From a virus (Duplodnaviria > Caudoviricetes), in the IMG/VR virus record IMGVR_UViG_3300042305_001248, positions 1-55,619 of that record: a stretch of DNA of 55,619 bases, one strand, 5' to 3'. Numbering within the stretch: the stretch's first letter is position 1; every line of letters starts with the position of its first letter. Positions 35,955 through 44,572 of this stretch are shown one piece after another. Below the pieces are notes generated by a model. That model had not been told where the DNA came from, made no database searches, and saw nothing but the letters and a program-made list of their open reading frames with translations. The position numbers and the translations under genes are program-made.

Positions 35955-36136
35955 TCGGAGCCCTTGATCCCGGAGAGGCGAGAGAGGAGCGAGCGAGCCA
36001 CGAGCTTGCCCTTAGAGCCTCGCAGAGCGCGCAGGCGGACCTTTCCCGCTCCGGGCTCCTCGGGAGCCGCCTCGGGCTTGCCTGGGGGCACGGACGGGCC
36101 TCCGGGCGCGTCGTTCGGCTTCGCCTTGCCCCTCAC
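35951..36136 (-). CDS. Small Pro/basic hypothetical protein
   Basis: GTGA/ATGA coupling. Confidence 0.5.
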   Translation of the reverse strand: MRGKAKPNDAPGGPSVPPGKPEAAPEEPGAGKVRLRALRGSKGKLVARSLLSRLSGIKGSE

Positions 36137-36480
36137 GGCCTCTCCCCATAGGCGTCGAGCGGGCGCTGGATCCGATCGCAGGGCTCCATCGCCACGCCTG
36201 CGGCTCGGAGCGCCTCCAGGTCGTGCGTCGCCTCCGAGACGAGAGATCCGGGAGCGAGGACAGCGACGCAGCCGTCGACGAAGACGCGACCGGGAGAGAG
36301 CGTGCGGAACCACTCGTGGTGGGGGACGACCGGAGGAGCCTCGGGAGGAGCCTCGGGAGGAGCCTCGGGAGCGACCGGCATCGACGGCGCCGCGCCTGCC
36401 GGGACGAGGCTCTCTGCGTCGTCGTAGGTCGCCGGAGGCACCTCGACGACGACCGGCTTCTCTGCTCGCTTCTTTGCCAT
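36133..36480 (-). CDS. Capsid-associated small protein (Pro-rich linker plus small C-terminal domain)
   Basis: Directly downstream of the MCP; 12-bp APPE repeat x3. Confidence 0.7.
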   Translation of the reverse strand: MAKKRAEKPVVVEVPPATYDDAESLVPAGAAPSMPVAPEAPPEAPPEAPPVVPHHEWFRTLSPGRVFVDGCVAVLAPGSLVSEATHDLEALRAAGVAMEPCDRIQRPLDAYGERP

Positions 36481-36526
36481 GCGCGGAGGATACCAGCCTC
36501 GCCGCGCTCGCGCACGATGCGCGAAA

Positions 36527-36569
36527 GCGACGAGGCCGGAGCCCCCAGGAGGAGCGCCGGCCTCGTCGC
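36527..36569 (-). terminator. Intrinsic terminator after the major capsid gene
   Basis: GCGACGAGGCCGG/CCGGCCTCGTCGC stem followed by TTT. Confidence 0.7.
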
Positions 36570-36585
36570 GTGTCGCCGCCTCGAC

Positions 36586-37968
36586 TCAGGCGTGCTCGAT
36601 GATCGCCGCCCGCTTGAACCGGGCGCTGTTCCCGACGAGCCCGTCACTCGGGACGGGGAAGTCGCCCGACCACGACCAGCTCTGCGAGACGATCTGCTGG
36701 AGGCGATCCAGCGGAGCGCGGAGGATGTACCGGATGCGCTCGGTCATGACCGCGACGCCGCCGTTCATCACCGAGAACTCGCCGATCTTGCCGGTCACGC
36801 CCGCGTCGGTGAGGAACTGGCTCTCGTCGATGTACTTCTCGTAGATCGCGCCGCCGCCGAGGACGATCTCCCGCTTGATCGAGATCCCGCTCTGGTTGGT
36901 GACCTCGCCGCCGATCTCGGGGCTCTCACGAGCGAAGCCCGCTCCACCCGAGGTGTCGACGAGCGCACCGCTGTTCGTGTCGTCCGGGTTCTCCACGTTG
37001 CGGTAGAAGCGGCAGCCGACGAGCTGACCGATGCCGAGGTCGCGGTACACCGCGTTTTCGGGAAGGCTCTGGAAGAGACGCTGGAAGGCGTTGTCCTGGA
37101 AGAGCTGCGCCTCGCCCTCGGGCGTCACGTGCACGTGGTAGAAGCCGTCCGCGGTCGGCGGGACGTTCTGCGAGCGCATCCGGGCCACGGTGTTGATGAC
37201 GTCCTGGAGGGTCAGGACGTTCGCGACGACGATGCCGTCGACGGTCGCCGCTCCGCCGACGCGGGTGATCCGCGAGCGGGTCTGCGCCCGGACGCCCGCA
37301 CGCAGAGCGAGCGGAGCCGAGAGCGGAGCGCCGAGCGTGATCACGCCCGGGCCCAGCGGGTCGGCCGGGACGAGCGGCGCCGCGCCGATGACGCTGTTCG
37401 CCGCGGGCCCCGCGGAGAACGTGATCGGGAGCGGGTTCGCAGGCGAGACCGGCAGGAGGCGCCCGCTCACGAGCACCTCGTTGAATCCGTTCAGCGAGGC
37501 GACGACGATCGAGGTCGCGCCAGCGAGAGCCGCCGCGATCGAGACGGTCTCACCGCCGAGGTAGGCGCGGAAGAGCCGGTCGCGGACGAGCCGGTTCATC
37601 GTCTGGCCCGCGTTGAGACCGAGCTGCACGGTGTCGCGCAGGAACGTCGGCGCGAGCGCGACGTAGGAGGTCGGCATGTGGGTGTCGAGGCTCTTCCCGT
37701 ACTGCGCGCACTCCGCCTCCCACTGCTCGATGGCGTAGGTCGCGGGCGTCGGGTCCGAGCCCGGGGTGAGCGGCGTGGTGTCGACGCTCACGAGGCCGGT
37801 GCGGGTGTACACCTGCCGCTGGCCGATGTTGGCGTCCCACTTCTCCGCCATCGCTTCCGAGCGGTAGAGCAGGCGAGGGAAGAGCGCGTCGTGGAAGACG
37901 CGCTCCAGGGTGCGGTCCTGGATCAAATTGACGATCGACGGGTTGAGTCCGAGCTGTGCGATGCTCAC
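36586..37968 (-). CDS. Major capsid protein
   Basis: 460 aa after the scaffold; QYG...AGQT.N.LVRD, Y..H..P....L..D, DRLQQ...SW (N4-gp56-like pattern); own promoter and terminator. Confidence 0.88.
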   Translation of the reverse strand: MSIAQLGLNPSIVNLIQDRTLERVFHDALFPRLLYRSEAMAEKWDANIGQRQVYTRTGLVSVDTTPLTPGSDPTPATYAIEQWEAECAQYGKSLDTHMPTSYVALAPTFLRDTVQLGLNAGQTMNRLVRDRLFRAYLGGETVSIAAALAGATSIVVASLNGFNEVLVSGRLLPVSPANPLPITFSAGPAANSVIGAAPLVPADPLGPGVITLGAPLSAPLALRAGVRAQTRSRITRVGGAATVDGIVVANVLTLQDVINTVARMRSQNVPPTADGFYHVHVTPEGEAQLFQDNAFQRLFQSLPENAVYRDLGIGQLVGCRFYRNVENPDDTNSGALVDTSGGAGFARESPEIGGEVTNQSGISIKREIVLGGGAIYEKYIDESQFLTDAGVTGKIGEFSVMNGGVAVMTERIRYILRAPLDRLQQIVSQSWSWSGDFPVPSDGLVGNSARFKRAAIIEHA

Positions 37969-38068
37969 GAGAGCCTCCGTTCAAGGGGTCTTTGGGGTCG
38001 TCTCGTGGCTCCCGAATCCCGACCGTCTGCCGCCGTCGTCCGCGTGGGAGAGCCTCTGTGACGAGAGA

Positions 38069-38097
38069 AGCGTGCAACGCGCCGATGCGCGCTGCAA
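38069..38097 (-). promoter_or_regulatory. Capsid gene promoter
   Basis: TTGCAG-N17-CACGCT. Confidence 0.5.
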
Positions 38098-38104
38098 TAG
38101 GGGG

Positions 38105-38272
38105 TCAGTCCTCTCCGGTCGTCGGCGAGCGCAGGAAGCCCGCGAGGCCGGTCAGGAGCGCGACGAGAGGAGCCCGCAGCTCCTCGGGCGCGTAGAGGAC
38201 GATCGAGACGGCGCCGCCGATCAGGGCGACGAGCACCGCAGCCTGCGGCCAGTTGATCTTCGGGATCTTCAC
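38105..38272 (-). CDS. Small two-TM holin-like protein (55 aa), not in the ORF track
   Basis: MKIPKINWPQAAVLVALIGGAVSIVLYAPEELRAPLVALLTGLAGFLRSP... Confidence 0.65.
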   Translation of the reverse strand: MKIPKINWPQAAVLVALIGGAVSIVLYAPEELRAPLVALLTGLAGFLRSPTTGED

Positions 38273-38442
38273 GAGCCTGCTCCGTGCTTCTTTGCGAGGT
38301 CCGCGTTCGTCCTCGACCTCGCCGCAGCGAGCGTCGCGTCGAGCGCCGCGAGGACGGCGTCGCGCTGCCCCAGGCCCTCGGCGAGCGAGATGATCGTCTG
38401 GATCCCCAGGACGGCGAGGCGGATCACTTCCTCGGGCTTCAC
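38269..38442 (-). CDS. Small amphipathic protein (57 aa), not in the ORF track
   Basis: GTGA coupled on both sides; MKPEEVIRLAVLGIQTIISLAEGLG... Confidence 0.6.
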   Translation of the reverse strand: MKPEEVIRLAVLGIQTIISLAEGLGQRDAVLAALDATLAAARSRTNADLAKKHGAGS

Positions 38443-38663
38443 GGCGCTCCTCCGATTGCTGCGAGCGCAGCGTCGCAGCGAGCCCGCTCCGCTGCGAGGT
38501 CGGCGAGGTCCTGCTCCCGCGTCGTCCCCTCGCGGTCGACGATCGCTCGCTCGTTCGCGACGCAGAGCGCGACCTCTGCCGCGTAGGCGACGCGGAGCTG
38601 CTCCGAGGCGCCGCAGGAGACGCCCATCGAGAGCAGAGCGAGCGCGACGAGAGCGGGCCTCAC
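38439..38663 (-). CDS. Putative lipoprotein (spanin-like candidate)
   Basis: MRPALVALALLSMGVS-C signal/lipobox-like sequence; two further Cys; helical. Confidence 0.6.
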   Translation of the reverse strand: MRPALVALALLSMGVSCGASEQLRVAYAAEVALCVANERAIVDREGTTREQDLADLAAERARCDAALAAIGGAP

Positions 38664-39325
38664 GGGATCCCCAGCTCCGCCTTGCGCCGCGTCCACTCGC
38701 TCGCGTTGAGGTCGTAGGCGCTCTTCGGGACCTGGACCGGGTTCGACGGCGGAGGCTTCGGAGCGCCCGCGGTCGAGGCAGTCGTCGTCGGCGGGACCTC
38801 GACCTTGCGAGGCTCAGGCTCGGGAGCCTCGACGCCGAGAGCGACGCGCTCCCGCTGGTCGGCGAGTAGCTCGCGGAGGTAGGCCTCTTCGTCCAGCTCC
38901 TCCGAGTCGGGGATCTGGTTCAGCTTGTCCATGATCCGCCACGTGGCGTAGTCCGGATTCCGGACACCGTGGCGAGCGAAGAGCTTGGTGAGGTGCAGAT
39001 CGACCCGGGCCTGCTCCGCCGCAGCCGAAGCGGCCTCGGCTGCCTTGCGAGCCTCCGCAAGCTCCGCCTGGAGCTTCTCCTGCTCCGACATCGCAGCCTT
39101 GCGGCGCTCTTCTTCGGCCCGCTCCAGGTCGGCGAGCTTGCCTCTCGCAGCCTTGATCTCGTCCGCGCTCTCGGCGCCCAGCTCCCGCTTGAGGAACGAT
39201 CGGACGGCTCGCTCCATGCGCTCGTTGAGCTGCTTCGTCGTCAGCGTGACCGTGTCCTCCGCGGGCTCGGGAGCCGTCGCTGGAGGCGCTGCCGGGGGCG
39301 CTGCCTGGGTCTTCTCGTCGCTCAT
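38660..39325 (-). CDS. Capsid scaffolding protein
   Basis: Acidic coiled coil with MSEQEKL motif; GAGGAGAGG RBS; upstream of the MCP. Confidence 0.85.
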   Translation of the reverse strand: MSDEKTQAAPPAAPPATAPEPAEDTVTLTTKQLNERMERAVRSFLKRELGAESADEIKAARGKLADLERAEEERRKAAMSEQEKLQAELAEARKAAEAASAAAEQARVDLHLTKLFARHGVRNPDYATWRIMDKLNQIPDSEELDEEAYLRELLADQRERVALGVEAPEPEPRKVEVPPTTTASTAGAPKPPPSNPVQVPKSAYDLNASEWTRRKAELGIP

Positions 39326-39425
39326 CCTCTCCTCGTCCTTCTCCGCCGTTTCCGCCGACGTAGCGTGGTTGGGGTCCTCGTCTCTCCGAGGCGTCACGCC
39401 TGCGACGCGGGCGTTCGCGAACGAC

Positions 39426-40064
39426 TCAGAAGTCCGCCTGCTCCGCGAGGCGCGAGGTCAGCGAGGAGGTCCCGCCCGAGCCGGGGGTGACGACGTAGGT
39501 CAGCTCACAGGAGCCCGCGACGACGTCCGCCGCGTTGAACGCGATCGCGGTCCCGGCCGCGTTGATCGCCGCCTCGCCCGCCGCCGGAGCGCCGCCGCGA
39601 GCGACGACGGTCTTCGCGCCGGGGATGATGCCCGAGACGACCGAGGCCGAGAGCAGGAGGACCGCCTTCCGGCCGCTCGGGAGCGCCGCCGAGGACGCAG
39701 CGACGAAGACCGACTCGGTGATGACCTCGCCCTCGATCGGGAGGTAGAGCACCTCCGCACGGGTCACGGCGTCGGCCGCGGCGAAGACGATGTCCCCGCT
39801 CGCCGAGACCGAGAACTCCCCCGCGACGGGAGCGCCGCCCGCGACGTAGGCGAGCGGGCCGGTCGCGCCGCCCGCCGAGGCGAAGGCCGCGAGGCCGAGA
39901 GCCGCCTTCGCGGCGCTCGGGAGAGCGATCGCGTTCGCGGTCACGCCCGCGTCGATGAACGCGGGCTCCAGCGAGAGCGCGGAGCCGAGCTTCGCGATCT
40001 GCGCCCCGCTCGGGAGCTTGTTGGGGTTCGCCTCGTCGAGAACGTCCTTGATCGTCCGTGCCAT
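39426..40064 (-). CDS. Head decoration-like structural protein
   Basis: MARTIKDVLDEANPN...; Ala-rich beta protein with internal GAPxAGE..(V/I)...G..IxFxAADxV duplication. Confidence 0.6.
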   Translation of the reverse strand: MARTIKDVLDEANPNKLPSGAQIAKLGSALSLEPAFIDAGVTANAIALPSAAKAALGLAAFASAGGATGPLAYVAGGAPVAGEFSVSASGDIVFAAADAVTRAEVLYLPIEGEVITESVFVAASSAALPSGRKAVLLLSASVVSGIIPGAKTVVARGGAPAAGEAAINAAGTAIAFNAADVVAGSCELTYVVTPGSGGTSSLTSRLAEQADF

Positions 40065-40081
40065 GTCTCTGTCTCCTCGTC

Positions 40082-40813
40082 TCAGGTAGTGCGGCCAGCG
40101 GCCACGATGGTCAGGTTCGCGGTCCCGCTGAACTGGACCCGCTCCGGAGGCGCAGGGAGAGACCCAGCGACGCCGAACTCGCAGAGGAAGGTGCCCCACA
40201 CCGGGACGTCCGAGCCCTCGCCCTGATCGCTCGGGAGAGCGCCGAAGCCGAGCGTCGCAGCGCCGGTCCCGCCCGTCACCGAGAGGGTCGAGGAAGCGCC
40301 CGTTCCGAGGCCAGCGATCACGAGCTGGCCCGAAGTCGCGACCGAGACGCGAGGCGTCGGTAGGCCCGCGAGAGCGCACGCCGCGTTGATCCGCGCCGCG
40401 ACCTGGGCCGAGGTCTGATCGCCCACGAGGAAGGCCGTCGTTACCGTCGTCCCGTCGAAGTCGATCAAAAGAGTCTCGCCGCCCGCGAAGAGCGTCGGGA
40501 AGATCCCGCCCGAGCCCGTCAGCTCGGGCTCCGCCGCGCCGATGCGGAGGACGATCGGCTGGTCGCTCTTGCAGTAGAGCAGCTCGATCGCCGTCAGGTC
40601 GCCGAGGAGCGATAGGTCCGCGAACGAGGAGCCGACCGCGCCGGGAGTCGAGATCCGGATCGTCTCCGCCGTCGCGACCGCCGACTGGAACTGCTGCCCC
40701 GTCGCGCATCGAAGCGCGATCGGGTAGGTCGCACGCGCAGCGACGCCGCAGGCCGAGACGCAGGTGCCCGCGCCGACCTCTAGGACGCCCTTGAGGCTCA
40801 GAGAGTCCGCCAC
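40082..40813 (-). CDS. Structural protein sharing an insertion domain with the tail sheath
   Basis: GGE...DG.TV...F..GDQT.AQVAA.IN also occurs in the sheath. Confidence 0.65.
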   Translation of the reverse strand: MADSLSLKGVLEVGAGTCVSACGVAARATYPIALRCATGQQFQSAVATAETIRISTPGAVGSSFADLSLLGDLTAIELLYCKSDQPIVLRIGAAEPELTGSGGIFPTLFAGGETLLIDFDGTTVTTAFLVGDQTSAQVAARINAACALAGLPTPRVSVATSGQLVIAGLGTGASSTLSVTGGTGAATLGFGALPSDQGEGSDVPVWGTFLCEFGVAGSLPAPPERVQFSGTANLTIVAAGRTT

Positions 40814-40817
40814 GCGC

Positions 40818-41087
40818 TCACCGCTTCGGGGGCATGGGGAAGCCCGTCGAGGACCCCGGCTCGGGCAGCGGAGCCGTCGCGTCGGTCGGGCGGAAGCCCG
40901 AGGTCGTCATCGGCATACCCGCGCCCGAGTGCGACTGGATCGGCAGCTCCGCCTCGGTGAAGAACCGGCCCGCGGGCGCTCCGCCCTGCGTCGCGTTCGG
41001 ATTCTGGTAGGGGCCCTGCCGGGTGTCGCCTCCCATCGGAGAGACGGCGCCGGGCTGATCGAGGAACGCGGGACGATTGTCGGCCAT
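40818..41087 (-). CDS. Pro/Gly-rich disordered small protein
   Basis: ORF with leaderless-type promoter. Confidence 0.6.
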   Translation of the reverse strand: MADNRPAFLDQPGAVSPMGGDTRQGPYQNPNATQGGAPAGRFFTEAELPIQSHSGAGMPMTTSGFRPTDATAPLPEPGSSTGFPMPPKR

Positions 41088-41125
41088 GCGCGGAGCGTCG
41101 CACCGCGCATCGCCGAACGCAAGCG

Positions 41126-41317
41126 TCAGCGGAGGCGGAAGGGTTTGTAGTCCTCGGGCCCGACGGGACGGATCGGCAGCTCGCGGAGCGGGCTGTCCTG
41201 GAGCCCGCCGCTGCGCTTGCGCTCGACGTCCTGGTGGCTCGGCCGAGGCTGACCGAACCGCTCGGCCTCGGGGACGTCGGCGGGGAAGGGACCGTAGGTA
41301 TCGGCGGGGTAGCCCAT
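41126..41317 (-). CDS. Small hypothetical protein (63 aa)
   Basis: ATG 6 nt after a TACCAT -10 box. Confidence 0.55.
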   Translation of the reverse strand: MGYPADTYGPFPADVPEAERFGQPRPSHQDVERKRSGGLQDSPLRELPIRPVGPEDYKPFRLR

Positions 41318-41337
41318 GCGTCGATGGTAGCCGAGTG

Positions 41338-42423
41338 TCAGGACGACCGCACGACGCCTCGCTGCGCCCTCGACGTAGCCCTCGCCGCTGCGAGCCGCGA
41401 CGCTTGGTGCTCCGGATCGATCCCTGCGCCGTCGCGCCTCCGAGCTGCCTCGATGCGACTCGGCGAGAGCGGTCGGGAGATCGGAGTCTCCTCCCACTCC
41501 GGGAGCCACGGGATCACGACCTCGCGATCGTTCGGTCGCGCCGGAGGCTGCATATAGACGCGCCCTGCGCCGTCGACGAAGGGCTCTTCGAGGCGCCGGA
41601 TCTGCCCGTGGACCACGACCGAGTCGAACGCCGTGCGGTTGTCGAAGGTCGCGAGGATTTTTTTTCGGAGTTGCGGGAACGCCTGCCGCTGCTCGAAGAG
41701 GCCCTCCATCCTCGCGACCGAGTAGGCCCGAGCCGTCTCGGTCCGGACGATCCTCCAGGCCCAGGAGCGGTAGCGGACGAAGAGCCCCTCCGGGATCTCC
41801 TCCTCGACGAGGCGGACGACGCCGCTCAGAGTCTCTCTCGCCGCGAGCGAGACCGTCCCCGTCGGCCCGCCGTGCCCGCAAAGCTCGTCGACCATGTCCC
41901 GCTGGGAGATCCCGGCGATCAGGCCGCGCCGCATCCGGGTCTCGAACTCCGCGATCATCGCCTGCCCGTAGCGATCGACGCTCGTCGCCCTCTGCGCGAG
42001 GAGCGAGGAGTCGATCCTCAGCGTCCGCATCATCGTCGCCGCAGGACGAAGCGCCAGAGGCCTCGCGATGCCCCGAAACCGGGCGTCAAGCGTCGCGAGG
42101 AGGCGGAAGGTCTCGGAGTAGCCCTCCGCGCTCGACGCGCTCGTGGAGGCCTCCAGGAGCCCGGAGAGATTCCTCGCGACGCGACGACGGACGAGGTCGA
42201 TCTGCCGCTGGTAGGAGACCATCGACGCGGGCGTGAACCGCTCGTCCGAGTCGGCGTAGCGACGCAGGCGCCGCCGCAGGAGGCGGTCCGCCGCGTCGAG
42301 GTCTCGGAGCAGCTCCGCGTTCGCCGCTCGTCCCGCTCGGTTCGTCGCGGTGACAACGCGATCCGCTCGCCCGAGAGAAGCTCGAAGCGCCGCGTCGACC
42401 CTCGCCCGAGTCTCGGGATCCAC
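41338..42423 (-). CDS. Minor head morphogenesis protein (Mu gpF / SPP1 gp7-like)
   Basis: RIVRTETARAY, D.RT..DS...HGQ, PPARPNDR. Confidence 0.85.
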   Translation of the reverse strand: MDPETRARVDAALRASLGRADRVVTATNRAGRAANAELLRDLDAADRLLRRRLRRYADSDERFTPASMVSYQRQIDLVRRRVARNLSGLLEASTSASSAEGYSETFRLLATLDARFRGIARPLALRPAATMMRTLRIDSSLLAQRATSVDRYGQAMIAEFETRMRRGLIAGISQRDMVDELCGHGGPTGTVSLAARETLSGVVRLVEEEIPEGLFVRYRSWAWRIVRTETARAYSVARMEGLFEQRQAFPQLRKKILATFDNRTAFDSVVVHGQIRRLEEPFVDGAGRVYMQPPARPNDREVVIPWLPEWEETPISRPLSPSRIEAARRRDGAGIDPEHQASRLAAARATSRAQRGVVRSS

Positions 42424-42624
42424 TCAGGCCTCGCAGAGCGTCCAGGAGATAACGGGGTTCGCGACCGTGCCGTCGAGCGCCAGGAGGAGCGACCTCTGCC
42501 GGTCCTCCCACTTCTCCGCGCAGGCGACGGAGCAGACCGAGAGCGAGGGCCGAGGAATACGAAAGCAGGCCTCCAGCCGATGCGAGCCGAACCGCTCAGA
42601 GCAGAGCGCGCAGACCCGCCTCAC
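42424..42624 (-). CDS. Small Cys-rich protein
   Basis: CxxC...CSxxC; fills the gap between portal and gpF. Confidence 0.5.
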   Translation of the reverse strand: MRRVCALCSERFGSHRLEACFRIPRPSLSVCSVACAEKWEDRQRSLLLALDGTVANPVISWTLCEA

Positions 42625-44288
42625 GACTCCGCCTCGACCTCGACCTCCGCCGTCTGCCCGCCAGGGCCCGGAGGGACGCTTTCGCGCTCCTCCTCCTCGT
42701 CCTCTTCCTCTTCCTCGTCCTCGGCTTCGTATTCCGGCTCCGGGCCGGGGCCCATCGCCTTCTGCGCGAGCTTCACCTCGTGCTCCGAGTCCTCGTGGAT
42801 CCGGTCCAGCTCCGCCGCGACGTCGTCGACTCCGAAGAGCGTCTGCACGCTCGCGACCGACGTCTGCTGAGAGATGACGGGCTTCCCGCCGTTGGCGAGC
42901 TTCGCCGCCTCCGCTGCGGTCTTGATGTCGCTCCAGGTCGGAGCGAAGTAGGGGTTCCAGTTGGCGACGATGTCCGAGGAGCGACCGGGGCTGCGCTCGG
43001 AGATCACGGTCCGCTCGCCCTCCTGCGAGACCTTCGGCGGGAGCTTGACCGGCTGCGTGACGACGACGCGCTCGCCTTCCTCGGTCGTCATCTCCTGCCG
43101 CGAGGCAGCGAGCGAGCGAGCCGCGGAGAGCATGTCTCGGAGGATCGGCAGGATCGCGAACTCGGTGTATTGCTCGCGCAGGAGGTCGCACTTCGCCAGC
43201 ATCGGAGCGTAGAGGATTCGGAGCGCCTGGGCGCTCTGCGCTGCGCCGGAGAGCTTCTCGGGGTCGGCGAGGACGACGCCGCAGGCATCGAGCGCGTAGG
43301 CTCGCAGGCGGTCGAGGAGCTGGAGCGCCGTCTGCGTCGAGCCTCCTCGAAGCTCCAGGTACTCCGCTCCGCCCTCGGACCAGATCACGTTATCCGAGCC
43401 GCGTCGGATCACGCCGTCGTTGTTCGCGGAGGACATCTTCACGACGAGCGTCGGGTCGACGTTGCTCTTCGTCCCCCGCGAGGTCGCCGAGAGAAGCTGG
43501 TTGATCTCGTCGAGCGTGTCGCAGAGCCCTTCGTAGTCGCTCTCGCCGTCCGGGTCCTGCGAGTCGGGGAGATTCTGGATCCAGTAGAAGGGCGCGAAGC
43601 CGAAGCCGTGCGCGATGGTCCGCGAGGGCGCGTTGCGCCACATCACCGAGGAGGCGACGTCCATCGGCATCGGCTCCCAGACGACCTCGACCTTCTCGTC
43701 CCAATAGCGGGCGAAGTAGAAGTCGCGGACGACGACCTTCCCGCGCTCGATCACCTGACGAGGGAAGCGGTAGGCCTGGATCGCAGCGCCGACGCGCATC
43801 TCCGAGCGGTCCGCCCAGCGGAGGACCGTGCAATGCTTCGCGTTCAGTACGTCAACCCGCGGACGGCCTCGCACGAAGCCCCAGGAGAGGCACACCGAGC
43901 CGCAGGCGCCTCCGAGAGAGCGGGCCTCGGCCATTCGCATCGGGAGCCGAGAGGCATCGCAGAGGGCGCGGACGTAGTCCTCCGCCTCGGCGTCTCCAGG
44001 GACGCGCAGCTCGGGGAATCGGTCCGAGCCGAAGAGGAGCGAGGTCAGCCGCGAGACGACGACCTTCGCGAGGTCGTAGCGCGACGAGGGCTTCCGCCGT
44101 TTGTACGGGACGAACCACCCGGGAGCGATGTCGGCTTCTGCCCCGTAGCCGAGGAACATCCCGTCCCAGTCGTATTGCTTGTGGTCGTCCTGCGTGCAGC
44201 GGTAGTAGCTCTCCTGCCGATCGATGGAGCGGAAGCGCCGAGTCTCGGCGAGGTCGAGGAGCCGCACGCCGTCGAGGACGTCTGCCAT
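42621..44288 (-). CDS. Portal protein (SPP1 gp6-like)
   Basis: Start MADVLDG at 44288; HGFGF.P...I.N, G.SDY, SA.AL...Y.P...K; acidic tail. Confidence 0.88.
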   Translation of the reverse strand: MADVLDGVRLLDLAETRRFRSIDRQESYYRCTQDDHKQYDWDGMFLGYGAEADIAPGWFVPYKRRKPSSRYDLAKVVVSRLTSLLFGSDRFPELRVPGDAEAEDYVRALCDASRLPMRMAEARSLGGACGSVCLSWGFVRGRPRVDVLNAKHCTVLRWADRSEMRVGAAIQAYRFPRQVIERGKVVVRDFYFARYWDEKVEVVWEPMPMDVASSVMWRNAPSRTIAHGFGFAPFYWIQNLPDSQDPDGESDYEGLCDTLDEINQLLSATSRGTKSNVDPTLVVKMSSANNDGVIRRGSDNVIWSEGGAEYLELRGGSTQTALQLLDRLRAYALDACGVVLADPEKLSGAAQSAQALRILYAPMLAKCDLLREQYTEFAILPILRDMLSAARSLAASRQEMTTEEGERVVVTQPVKLPPKVSQEGERTVISERSPGRSSDIVANWNPYFAPTWSDIKTAAEAAKLANGGKPVISQQTSVASVQTLFGVDDVAAELDRIHEDSEHEVKLAQKAMGPGPEPEYEAEDEEEEEDEEEERESVPPGPGGQTAEVEVEAES

Positions 44289-44560
44289 CACGGGACCACT
44301 TGCGCGTCGACGAGCTGCGAGGAGCTGATCGTCCCGGTCCAGGGAGGCGAGGTCGAGCCCGAGGCGGGAGAGGGATCGAGGACGTTCACGGTCGAGTAGT
44401 AGCACCACCCTGCCGTGCCCGTGTCGAGCACCCGCTGGTAGTACCGGATGTTCGCCGCGACGGTGATCGATCCGACGCCGTAGTAGTCTGCGCTCGACGG
44501 GCTCTGCACCAGGAGGAGCTGCTCGCCGCCCGAGCGAAGGTCCGCGTTGAAGTCGGCCAC
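44288..44560 (-). CDS. Hypothetical protein (90 aa)
   Basis: GAGGGGG RBS; coupled to the portal gene. Confidence 0.6.
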   Translation of the reverse strand: MADFNADLRSGGEQLLLVQSPSSADYYGVGSITVAANIRYYQRVLDTGTAGWCYYSTVNVLDPSPASGSTSPPWTGTISSSQLVDAQVVP

Positions 44561-44572
44561 GATGCCACCCCC

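Noticed and set aside
36333-36371. 12-bp tandem repeat x3
   Set aside because: Simply encodes an APPE flexible linker
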